From the IMG/VR virus record IMGVR_UViG_3300045988_163663: a stretch of 64,000 bases of DNA; one strand, written 5' to 3'. The notes under the pieces are model-generated. The model did no database searches and had not been told where the DNA came from. It saw nothing but the letters and a program-made list of their open reading frames with translations. A program made the translations under genes and the position numbers. The DNA comes from a virus. Positions 49,521 to 58,951 of the stretch are shown here, one piece after another (positions within the stretch are counted from its first letter, which is position 1; the number at the start of each line of letters is the position of its first letter).

Positions 49521-50480
49521 ATGACTATTATTGAATTATTTGCGGGAATTGGGACATAGATTTCAGCTTTGGTTAAAATTGATCCAAATATTAGATCAAT
49601 AGGTATTAGCGAAATTGATGAACGACCATTGAAAGCATATAAAGTTTTGAATGGTGAATATAATAATTTTGGTGATATCACAAAAATTGATATTTTACCC
49701 TATGCAGATATTTGGACTTATTCTTTCCCTTGTACTGATTTATCTATTGCAGGGAAGCAAGAAGGTTTTCAAGGAAAAAATTCTTCATTAATTTATGAGG
49801 TATATCGTCTCTTGCTTTCTTCTCCAAAGCCAAAAATTCTTTTAATGGAAAATGTGGCCAATATTTGTAATAATACTTTTATGCCAAAATTTCAAGAGTG
49901 GATTAATAGTTTAGCTGAATTAGGTTATGTATCTAGCTGGAAGAAAATAAAAGCTTATGAATATGGCGGAGCAACTATTAGAGATCGTGTATTCATGGTT
50001 TCAGTAATTTCTCCTTTAAAAAAGTTTATTTTCCCTTTAGCTGAAAATGTTAAAACTACTTTAAAAGATTTTTTAGAGCCAATTAACGAAGAATATTTCA
50101 TTGATAGTTATGATGGCCCAAGTGATATTACTACACCATATTATAATGGAGCTAAAAAACTCTGTGATTATAAAAATGGTGGTCAAGGAAATCGAATTTA
50201 TTCTATATTTGGGCAAGGAGTTACATTAACTGCTTCTGGTGGAGGAAAAGCCGGATCAAGCGGTGGTTTGTATCTTCGTAATAATAGTATTTATAAACTT
50301 ACTCCAATTGAGATTTGTAAAATAATGGGTTGGACTAAAGCAGAAGCAGAAAAGATTTGTTCTGTTTTAACCCCTAGAGAAGTGGGTTTTTGCTTGGGCA
50401 ATGCCATTGATAGAAATGTGTTAATTCATATTTTTAAAGGGATAAAGGAACAATATTATGATGAATTGGGAGAAAAGTGA
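49521..50480 (+). CDS. DNA (cytosine-5)-methyltransferase (TAG-containing)
   Basis: ELFAGIGT(Q) motif I, FPCTDLS motif IV, ENV motif VI, RDRVF motif VIII, GNAI motif X; TAG at 49557. Confidence 0.7.
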
Positions 50481-51084
50481 AAAGAAAGCATTTGAATGGT
50501 TTAAAAATAACTATGATAATGATGCGATTTATCAAGGACGTAATGATTCTACTATTTCAGATATTTATTCTCCTTTATATAATTGCTATATTGAAGTAAA
50601 AGATATTACTAATGGTGCTCGATGCGGGCAATTTACTAAAAGTACCATCAGTAATAACCCATATGCTGAAGCTATTTATTTGGGTAAAAATGATGAAGAA
50701 ACTTGTATAAATTTTGTAAAAGAGCATTATAGAGCTAAACGAGTAGGAGCTTTTATCATTATTAATAATAATAATATTTCTCTTGTGGCTTTTGATGATT
50801 TTTTTAATAATTATACTTTTGAAATTCAAAAACCTTATTGCAAAAGAAGCGGTACTTCATCGGCTCCAATTAAAGATAAAGAAACTCTTTTAAAATTTAA
50901 TACAGCATTTTATCAAGAAAATAATAAAGTTTTTTGTTTTGATCAAAATTTATTTGGTACTTATTGTTCAGTATTTAATCCTTTTGATTATTTTATCAGT
51001 AAAACAACTGGTGAATTAAGAAAAAGAAGTAATACTAATAATATGACTTGGCATATTGTAATTAAAGAAAAATTGAAAAATTAA
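50458..51084 (+). CDS. hypothetical protein, possible PD-(D/E)xK nuclease partner of the methyltransferase
   Basis: ATGATG overlaps MTase stop; SDIYSPLYNCYIEVKD resembles D...(E)xK. Confidence 0.35.
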   Translation: MMNWEKSEKKAFEWFKNNYDNDAIYQGRNDSTISDIYSPLYNCYIEVKDITNGARCGQFTKSTISNNPYAEAIYLGKNDEETCINFVKEHYRAKRVGAFIIINNNNISLVAFDDFFNNYTFEIQKPYCKRSGTSSAPIKDKETLLKFNTAFYQENNKVFCFDQNLFGTYCSVFNPFDYFISKTTGELRKRSNTNNMTWHIVIKEKLKN

Positions 51085-51141
51085 AAAAAATATTATAAAA
51101 TATATATACAAAATAAATGAGAAATAAATTCTCATTTGTAT

Positions 51142-51218
51142 GGGACAGTAGCTTACGAGGTCGGAGCATTGGTCTGAAAAACCAAAGGATGGAGGCTCGA
51201 TACCTCCCTGTCCCACCA
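51142..51218 (+). tRNA. tRNA-Phe (GAA)
   Basis: GGGACAG/CTGTCCC acceptor, anticodon loop CTGAAAA, CCA encoded. Confidence 0.65.
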
Positions 51219-51500
51219 ATTGGTCTTACACATGGGGTTTCCGATTTGAACTAGGCAGATTAGTCACCTGCCGTTGGCAATAGACCAATTAAAAATAAAC
51301 TGAGGCAAAGGGAAATCGGGTAGTTATGATGAACTTCATAATGAAATCCTCTTGTAATCAAGCTAATTGGGAGAGAGGTAGCACGGGAACGGGGAGAAGC
51401 GTGCTATAAAAGGTGAAATACTTCTTTCCACCATAAGCCGGTGTAGCCGAATGGCATAGGCGAATGGAATTGAACTGAAAATTTTTTGGTTCAATTCCAT
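51219..51500 (+). ncRNA. structured RNA candidate
   Basis: TTGGTCT...AGACCAA, GGCAG-9-CTGCC, TAGCACG-14-CGTGCTA, GGAATTGAAC-13-GTTCAATTCC; no ORF. Confidence 0.3.
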
Positions 51501-51548
51501 TAATGAATAATTTTTAATTTCTAATATATTATGAAAGGAGAGATTGTT

Positions 51549-52016
51549 ATGGCTCGTTCAGATATTTTAGAAAAAGAAAAAGAAATTCGTTAGTGGATAA
51601 ACGAAGAAAAATCTAAACGTTATATATGTGAATAGTTGCATTGTAAACCTGAAACTTTAAATTCTTATTTGGAGAAAATGAATATTGAATATAAGGGATA
51701 GCCTTATAAAAAAGGATAGAATAAAAATCCTCGATGTTATAAGCCAGCTATTTATTATATTGATAATCATAAGTATATTAGCTCTTCTGTTTTAAGACAA
51801 AAATTAGTAAAAGATGGATTGAAAAAAGACAAATGTGAAATTTGTGGTATTTCTATGTGGCAAGGAATTAAATTACCTTTAGAATTACATCATAAAAATG
51901 GAAACCATTTTGATAATGATTTAAATAATCTACAAATTTTATGTCCTAATTGTCATTCAATTCAAAATGGAAATAGTGGAGCAAATATCGGTAAATACGC
52001 GGGATTGCTGGAATAG
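51549..52016 (+). CDS. HNH homing endonuclease (TAG-containing)
   Basis: CEICG...HHKNGNHFDNDLNNLQILCPNCH; 5 in-frame TAG upstream. Confidence 0.55.
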
Positions 52017-52083
52017 GTAGACAACTCATCTTTAGACGGTGAGGCCGACAGGTGTGAGGGTCCGAGTCCCTCATCCCGCACCA
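51999..52083 (+). tRNA. tRNA-Leu (TAG anticodon), type II
   Basis: GCGGGAT/ATCCCGC, anticodon loop TTTAGAC, long variable arm, CCA. Confidence 0.6.
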
Positions 52084-52373
52084 ATCATATTCAAAAGAAA
52101 AATTATTGTTGTGATTGTGGAAAAGAGATATGTTTAAAAGCTATTAGATGTAAATCTTGTGCATCTAAATTTAGACAAAATTCTAAATCTCCAGATAGAG
52201 AAATTTTAAAAGAATTAATTAGAACTACACCATTTGTAACTATAGGGAAAATGTATGAAGTTTCTGATAATGCTGTCAGAAAATGGTGTAAAAATTATGA
52301 TTTACCTTATTAGTCATTAAAAATTAAAAAAATTTCTGATGAAGATTGGAAAAATATTTAATATATAAGGTGT

Positions 52374-52401
52374 GAAGGTTCGAATCCTTTCACCGGTACC
52401 A
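52374..52401 (+). ncRNA. tRNA 3'-half-like element
   Basis: GAAGG-TTCGAAT-CCTTT CACCGGT A CCA; no 5' half found. Confidence 0.3.
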
Positions 52402-52469
52402 ACAGTGAAGTAGTAGCTATACTCATTATAATCAAGGCTCGGTGGTTGGTGGCTCCATCGTTATGTAAA

Positions 52470-52546
52470 TAAGCCATATGTATATTACTTCTTGGTGTAA
52501 TGGAAGCATACTGCCTGAAAGAGGCGGAGGTATTGGTTCGATCCCG
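52470..52546 (+). tRNA. tRNA-like gene, unresolved
   Basis: T arm ATTGG-TTCGATC-CCGAT at 52522; anticodon-like CTGCC-TGAAAGA-GGCGG; acceptor pairing imperfect. Confidence 0.3.
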
Positions 52547-52894
52547 ATAGAAGGAGTAATTAAAGCTAGGAAATGATAATCGCCTAAATAAATAAAGGAT
52601 TATTATTAAAGATTATTTAGATTAAGGAAGCGGTTAAAGTTATTACTTACTTGATTATAAAATAACATGACCGCAAGACGAGTGTTTGAAGCTTGTCTAT
52701 AAACAAATTCTTCATATGTTGTCTTTTATACTTACTCTTTGGCTGTTTCTTGACATATAAGTAAAAGCGGAAAGGGAGTTAAAGGTTCAGCTAAAAAACC
52801 GGTTTGTTTTTTGATAAGATTTTAAAAATTAGGTGGCAAAATCTTATTTGAGTGACGCTGCTCAAGAGGGTCCGGAACCTCTAAAATGCGATAT

Positions 52895-53027
52895 GCGCCA
52901 GTGGCCAAGTGGTATGGCACCTGCCTTTGTGGAATTGATGTAAGTAGCATTTTAATGTATTGGTTCAAATCCAATATTCCGCACCATAAGCAGGGCAACG
53001 CGGGTTCGATCCCCGCCTGGCGCACCA
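52895..53027 (+). tRNA. tRNA-Gln-like (UUG) with about 58-nt insertion in anticodon loop
   Basis: GCGCCAG...CTGGCGC-A-CCA; D arm GCCAAGTGGTATGGC as in tRNA-Gln; CCTGC(52920)+CTTTG ... AA+GCAGG(52990) gives loop CTTTGAA after removing insert. Confidence 0.5.
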
Positions 53028-53233
53028 TTTGAGTTAAAAAGTATAAATCTTATAAACTCCCTGTAAAATCAGGCGGACAGATGGACCGATAGTACCATTA
53101 TTGTGGAAGTCAGGCAGGTCCATTTTACTGGGCTTACTGTAAAAGCCAGTTTAATACACCCTCCATACCCAATGAGGAATTTTTATAAAGGTCTATTTAA
53201 TTTTTCTTGGTAGTTTAGTTAAATAGACTGTAT

Positions 53234-53310
53234 GCGGGATTAGCTCAGTTGGTTAGAGCGTTTGGTTTACACCCAAGAGGTCATTGGTTCGAATCCAATA
53301 TCCTGCACCA
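53234..53310 (+). tRNA. tRNA-Val (TAC)
   Basis: Canonical cloverleaf, loop TTTACAC, G3:U70, CCA. Confidence 0.65.
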
Positions 53311-53376
53311 ATAAATTTGAAAATTTAAAAAAAATATTATATAATATATATATAATAATAAAGGAGATATTTGAAA

Positions 53377-53543
53377 TGGCAACTACTAAGAAACCTGCAA
53401 TTAAAATGGACAGCACAGAGTTGAACGAGTATCTTCTGTTCCGCCGTCGTAGATCAATTGTGCCTGCCAAGAAAGGTAAGGGCATGGAATATGATAGAGC
53501 GAAGGAAAAAGAAAAATCTGAAAAAATGATTTCTGATGAATAA
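53377..53543 (+). CDS. small basic protein
   Basis: AAAGGAGAT RBS; MATTKKPAIK... Confidence 0.4.
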
Positions 53544-53547
53544 ATAT

Positions 53548-53620
53548 GCTCCCATCGACAAGTGGTCTAAGTCACCAGCCTTTCACGCTGGAGTCGCCGG
53601 TTCAAATCCGGCTGGGAGTA
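53548..53620 (+). tRNA. tRNA-Glu (TTC)
   Basis: GCTCCCA/TGGGAGT, loop CTTTCAC, T arm GCCGG-TTCAAAT-CCGGC; no CCA. Confidence 0.55.
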
Positions 53621-53704
53621 GAGATACAAATTCTACAACCTTCACGCGGTGTATCTTGTTTTAACTAATGTAGAATAAAGTAAATAAAAAGGAGCTGTTT
53701 AATT

Positions 53705-54328
53705 ATGGCATACATTTATTAGATTATTAATGATATAAATTAGAAAATTTATGTTGGTAAAACTGAATTTTCTATTGAAAAACGTTTTAAAGAACATTGT
53801 AAAGATGCTTTTAGAGAGCGCAATGAAAAACGTCCATTATATTCAGCAATGCGAAAATATGGAGTAGAACATTTTCATATTGAACTAATTGAAGAAACTG
53901 ATGATGCTAATAATCGAGAAACTTATTGGATTGAAAAATTAGGTTCTTTTAAATGGGGATATAATGCTACAATAGGCGGAGATGGTAAAAAGTATCTTGA
54001 TTATGATTTAATTATTGCTTCTTATCAAGAAATTAAAAATATTGAAGAAACTGCTCGTAAATTAGGAATTTCTTCTGATAGTGTAGAAAGAATTCTTAAA
54101 GAAAAAAAAGAAAAAATTTATTCTCAACAAGAAGTTAATTTAGTTAAATCAGGTAAAAAAGTTGCTCAATGTGATAAAAAAACTGGAAAAATTTTAAATA
54201 TATTTCCATCTATTGGAAGTGCAGGTAGAGCTATTAATAAACCTGATATTACTCATATAAGCGCTGTATGTTTAGGTAAAAGACAAAGTGCTTATGGTTA
54301 TAAATGGAAATTTATTGAAAATAATTAA
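53705..54328 (+). CDS. GIY-YIG homing endonuclease (TAG-containing)
   Basis: MAYIY(TAG)IINDIN(TAG)KIYVGKT aligns with I-TevI GIYQIKN...KVYVGS, putting TAG at Gln. Confidence 0.6.
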
Positions 54329-54342
54329 AATTATTCTTATAT

Positions 54343-54419
54343 GGTGCTATAGTTCAGTTGGCTAGAATGTCGGACTGTCTCTCCGAAGGTCAGGGGTTCG
54401 AGTCCCCTTAGCATCGCCA
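54343..54419 (+). tRNA. tRNA-Asp (GTC)
   Basis: Loop CTGTCTC, T arm AGGGG-TTCGAGT-CCCCT, GCCA end. Confidence 0.65.
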
Positions 54420-54511
54420 TTCGTTTTCTCGATATAAGCGATTTTGTTACATAGAACTTGATAGAGCGTTCTATTAATCTGGTTAGATTAAGTTTTATAA
54501 CTATCATATTT

Positions 54512-54587
54512 GGGGCACGGGACTGCATGGAGTGGTCGTCTCCCTTGCAAGGAGAAAAGCAGATGAGTTCGATTCTCATGTGTTCCA
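54512..54587 (+). tRNA. tRNA-Ala (TGC)
   Basis: G3:U70, loop CTTGCAA, T arm ATGAG-TTCGATT-CTCAT; no CCA. Confidence 0.55.
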
Positions 54588-54726
54588 GTCATCTAAGATC
54601 CACAACCGCCACGAGGTAGATGATGGGTAATGCTAATAGTGGACAAAAATAAAAATCGGGCAAAGTTAATTAAACTCCTCAAAAATTTTGCTAAATATAA
54701 TAGAAGGAAAAAAGGAGTTGAATTAA

Positions 54727-55359
54727 ATGCCTAGAAAATTAACTCAAGAAGAATTTGAACAAAGAGTTTATAAATGTGTAGGGGATAAATATTTTGTTAT
54801 AAGTGAATATAAAGGAAAATCTAAACCAATAGATTTAAAATGCAATATTCATGATATTGTTTTTCAAGCATCCGCAGAATGTTTTATGCGAGGTCCAAAA
54901 GAAGTAAGATGCTCTTGCCCTAAATGTTCAGAAGAAAAGAAAAATGAAAAATTTTCTGCAAATAGAACTGAATTAGAATGTGCTTATTGTGGAAAGAAAT
55001 TTATTCGTCCAAATTCTAAATTGAATAATTCAAAAAGTGGAATATATTTTTGCTGTAGAGAACATAAAGATTTAGCTCAACGGATAGAGTTTGGTTTGAA
55101 AGAAATTCAACCAAATCATTATGGAAATAATATTGAAAGTATATATACTTATCGTAAAAATGCTTTTAAATATTATCCTCATAAATGTGCTATCTGTGGT
55201 TGGGATGAAGATAAAGATATTTTAGAAGTTCATCATATTAATGAAAATAGAGAACACAATGAATTAGAGAATTTAATCATATTATGTCCTATTTGTCATA
55301 AAAAATTAACTTCTCATAAATATAAATTAATTAATAGGGAAAAAATTATTTCTTATTAA
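54727..55359 (+). CDS. HNH homing endonuclease
   Basis: CAICGWDEDKDILEVHHINENREHNELENLIILCPICH. Confidence 0.6.
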   Translation: MPRKLTQEEFEQRVYKCVGDKYFVISEYKGKSKPIDLKCNIHDIVFQASAECFMRGPKEVRCSCPKCSEEKKNEKFSANRTELECAYCGKKFIRPNSKLNNSKSGIYFCCREHKDLAQRIEFGLKEIQPNHYGNNIESIYTYRKNAFKYYPHKCAICGWDEDKDILEVHHINENREHNELENLIILCPICHKKLTSHKYKLINREKIISY

Positions 55360-55382
55360 TTTATGAAAAATTTATAATATTT

Positions 55383-55425
55383 GGAGCTTGAGGCAAAGCG
55401 AGTTCGACTCTCGCAAGTTCCACCA
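55383..55425 (+). ncRNA. 43-nt tRNA-like minihelix (acceptor stem + T arm only)
   Basis: GGAGCTT-gaggcaaa-GCGAG-TTCGACT-CTCGC-AAGTTCC-A-CCA. Confidence 0.3.
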
Positions 55426-55477
55426 TTAAGTGTGATATATTCCAAACACGTAGGGTGGTAAGCACACGGGTTTTCTA

Positions 55478-55553
55478 GAAGCCTTCCCTATGAATATGGA
55501 TGCATAGCTCAGTTGGTAGAGCAATTGACTGTTAATCAATGGGTCGGAGGATC
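55478..55553 (+). tRNA. tRNA-Asn (GTT)
   Basis: GGATGCA-TA-GCTCAGTTGGTAGAGC, loop CTGTTAA, GCCA end; unusual T loop ATCATAC. Confidence 0.6.
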
Positions 55554-55677
55554 ATACCCTTCTGCATCCGCCACCGCACTCGCGGAAAACATACAACTCA
55601 ACTGGTGCATAGAACTTGATGGAGCGTTCTATTAGTCTGATGCCTGCATTAGATTAAGTTTTATAACCATCATATTT

Positions 55678-55751
55678 GGGGACATAGTTTATGGTAGGAA
55701 AACGTTGAATTTAATTCAAAGTCGAGGGTGCGATTCCCTCTGGCTCCACCA
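55678..55751 (+). tRNA. tRNA with anticodon loop ATTTAAT (UUA), shortened 15-nt anticodon arm
   Basis: GGGGACA-TA-GTTT..AAAC, TTGA-ATTTAAT-TCAA, T arm GAGGG-TGCGATT-CCCTC, TGGCTCC-A-CCA; one acceptor mismatch. Confidence 0.35.
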
Positions 55752-55885
55752 TTTATGAAAGACAATACAGCAATTATAAATTTGCTTTGGGAGCCGTGTG
55801 TTGTAGGTTCGAGTCCTACTGTCTGGTTGAAGATCGGATATAGCGTAATTGGTAGCGCAACGTATAAAAATTGTCTTGTTAATAT

Positions 55886-55961
55886 TGCGGGATCGTCAAG
55901 TGGTTAAGACACCAGCCTCATAAACTGGTTATCGTGGGTTCGAATCCCACTCCCGCAACCA
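55886..55961 (+). tRNA. tRNA-Met (CAT)
   Basis: TGCGGGA/TCCCGCA, loop CTCATAA, T arm GTGGG-TTCGAAT-CCCAC, CCA. Confidence 0.55.
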
Positions 55962-56085
55962 TATGAAAAGCCCACACAGCAATTTTTAATAAGGTTAAAT
56001 AAGAAATTCTGCAAAAATTTTTTAGAGTTGGTTCAAATCCAGCAAATGATTTTAGGGCTTTGTTAAAATTGTTAAGGAGAAAATA

Positions 56086-56271
56086 ATGAAGTTCAATCCA
56101 GGAGATAAGGTCTGGTGTAAGAAGTATGGCAAGGGTAAGTGCCGCAAGACTGATGATAAGGACAATTTCATGACTTATCTTTTCAGATTTTATGATGGTA
56201 CTCTGATTTGGATGCCAAAACGTCAGGCTGAACATTTTGTAAGAGTTCGTTCCACCGAGGCCACGGTGTGA
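56086..56271 (+). CDS. small basic protein
   Basis: ORF 61 aa, AAGGAGAAAATAATG RBS, TGA stop. Confidence 0.4.
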   Translation: MKFNPGDKVWCKKYGKGKCRKTDDKDNFMTYLFRFYDGTLIWMPKRQAEHFVRVRSTEATV

Positions 56272-56430
56272 ATATAAAGTCCGGTTATAGGAAATCCTGT
56301 CATTAGGCGGCAGGCTACCGGTAATCCTTTCTTATATATTTAAATATGTAAGGAACAAAAACTATACAATAGATAGAGTTTTTACGCCTTGGCGCAATGC
56401 TTGTTTTTTACTATCTATTTTTTTATATTC

Positions 56431-56517
56431 GGAGTCGTGGGATAATGGTATTCCAATGGATTGCTAATCCATCCTACCTCTTGGGTAGTCCGCGTTCGAG
56501 TCGCGGCGATTCCGCCA
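56431..56517 (+). tRNA. tRNA-Ser (GCT), type II
   Basis: GGAGTCG/CGATTCC, loop TTGCTAA, 17-nt variable arm, GCCA. Confidence 0.6.
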
Positions 56518-56523
56518 TTATAT

Positions 56524-56611
56524 GTAGGAGTGCCAGAGTGGTCGATTGGGTTAGTCTCCAAAACTAATTGTAGCTGCACATCCAGGGTTCGAATCCCTTG
56601 CTCCTATGCCA
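56524..56611 (+). tRNA. type II tRNA with apparent CCA anticodon (Trp-reading?)
   Basis: GTAGGAG/CTCCTAT-G-CCA; anticodon stem TTAGT/ACTAA, loop CTCCAAA; 14-nt variable arm. Confidence 0.4.
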
Positions 56612-57014
56612 TACGTATTAAGACTCATTTTCAGCAAACTTTTGCCTGTAAAGGCTCTACAATACTTATTTATTACTAATAGATGAAAAAGTATAATAAA
56701 GAAAATAAAGTATATTTTGAAAAGTTTTTTCTTTTTAGCTAGTTTAGTAAACTAAATTTCGCATTTTTTCTTCTGGCTTTTCAATGAGTCTTGTTTATTA
56801 AAATAATTGGTATCGCTAAGCTTTATGGTAATTGTGGTGTATTTAAATCATAGATAGTTAAGGGTCTATAGCCAATTATGGTATGCGGAATTAACTTGCC
56901 CGGCGGTAAGCCTTGTCTTGAAAACAAGTGGTCCTGTGACAGGGATGGGGATCGACACCTCAGTTCCGCGCCACTCGTTTCAAATTCGTTCATTGCATTT
57001 CATCCTTTCTATAA

Positions 57015-57053
57015 AGATGGACTGATTAGATTAATCAGTCCATCTTTTTTTTT
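57015..57053 (+). terminator. rho-independent terminator
   Basis: AGATGGACTGATTagaTTAATCAGTCCATCT + T9. Confidence 0.6.
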
Positions 57054-57336
57054 ATATATTTTAAAGACAGTAGGTTATAAGTTGCTCTGGCCGGCTTGGA
57101 CCATTAAAACCAAATGCTTAAATTAAAATTCCATTTAAGAAATTTTCGGTCCAACAGGTATAGAGCAATATAAAATAATTTTAAATATGAAAGGAGAAGG
57201 ACAATATGAAAATGTTTATTCTTTCATATAAGGGCGGCAAAGATGGCGGCGATATTGACAAAGAAGATACTTCCAAGTCAACAGGCGGCTGGGATGGCGG
57301 CTCTATAGATGATGATTAAAGAAAGGAGAACACAAG

Positions 57337-58410
57337 ATGGCTGAAATTATTAAGTTAAGACGCGGTAAATCAACCAGTTGGTCTAAAAAGAATATAATTC
57401 TTGCAGCTGGTGAAATCGGCGTAGAGCTTGATACACATTAGATTAAAGTCGGCGATGGTTCAACCCCTTGGAATGAACTATCTTATGTAGGCGGAACTAA
57501 AGTTGTTAATGTTCAAGAATACACTGACAATCCAGCAGTTGTAGATGGCGTGCCTTATCAATCTATTGATGTAGCATTTATGAAGGCTCCAGCTGGAAGT
57601 ACAATTCGTCTTAATGCTAACTTTGATAACAGTGTTTCTATTGATAAAGAATTAACTATTGAATTAAATGGTAATGATATTATCAATAATGAAAAAACTC
57701 CAATAGATATCAAAGTAGGCGGCGATTTAACTATCAAGGGCCAAGGCACTATTGAATGCAATAAAAATAATAATGCCGCAGTTTTTAATAATGGTAATAT
57801 TACTATTAATAATGGTAAATTACAACGTACTACTGACGTATCAGGTAATGGCTATTATACTGCCGTTAATCATGGCACTATGATAATCAATGGCGGCATG
57901 TTTATGAGCGGCGGTGAATTTTCCAGTATGATTGAAAATGGATACTGGGATTATAATGCCGGTAATACTACAAACGGCTATGTTCAAGGTCAAAATGCTG
58001 AAATGCCTACATTAACTATTAATGATGGTACATTCGCTGGCGGCTTATATGCTATAAAAAATGATGATAATGCTGTTTTAAATATTAATGGCGGCACATT
58101 CTATAATACTATTCTTGCTAATGGTAAGTCATTGACTATCACTGATGGATATTTTGAAAATAGTAAACCAAGTCAAGGTGAATATAATTTATATCTTCGT
58201 AAATTAAGTGAAGATATAAATCCTCAAAATACATATATCAGTGGCGGCACATTTATTACTGCACAAGATAGCAATTTCAAAGTTGAAGGCGAACCGCATA
58301 TTGAAATTAGCGGTGGCCGTTTTAATAGAGAATTAGATCCTTCTTATCTAGCTCCTGGCTATAGACAAGTACTTGTCAATGGCTTCTATACTGTCTAGAA
58401 GGAGGAATAA
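57337..58410 (+). CDS. tail-fibre-like protein with shared N-terminal module (TAG-containing)
   Basis: MAEIIKLRRGKSTSW...GEIGVELDTH(TAG)IKVGDGSTPW; beta-helix-like GG repeats; TAG at 57439 and 58396. Confidence 0.5.
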
Positions 58411-58413
58411 TCT

Positions 58414-58929
58414 ATGGCTGATATCATCAAGTTCAAAAGAGGTCGATCAACTACATGGCGCGAAAAGAACTTATTACTTAAGGATGGCGAGCCTGGATTT
58501 GAATTAGATACTCATAAACTGAAAATTGGTGATGGTAAAACCTTATGGAATGATTTACCATATATCGGTGGCGAAAGTGGTACAATTGATCTTCCTGATA
58601 ATGTAATGGAATTTTTAGGCACAGTTGATACACTTCCAGCTACTGCTGAAGATGGAGAAATGTGTATTTATGATGGCAAATTATATATTTATGATGGTAA
58701 ATGGACAACTACAGAAACTTCTTCTTCAGCACAAAATTCTTTCAATTCTTTAGTAGATGCAATTAACTATATTACTTAGCATAATTGTGTTGGTCAAATT
58801 GTATCTATCTTTTAGAATAATAAATGGTTGCCTTATATTGTAGATGTAAATAATAATCTTGTACCTATTCAATATGGAGAAGATCATTATGATATTCTTA
58901 ATGGCGGCAACGCAAATACTCTTAATTAA
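58414..58929 (+). CDS. tail-fibre-module protein (TAG-containing)
   Basis: MADIIKFKRGRSTTW...ELDTHKLKIGDGKTLW; two in-frame TAG near 3' end. Confidence 0.45.
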
Positions 58930-58951
58930 TTTTATAGGAGGAAAATAATTT

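Noticed and set aside
53262-53543. Listed 93-aa ORF starting at 53262
   Set aside because: Its first 16 codons overlap tRNA-Val (53234-53310). A good RBS and ATG at 53377 give a 55-aa protein, so the gene call was trimmed.
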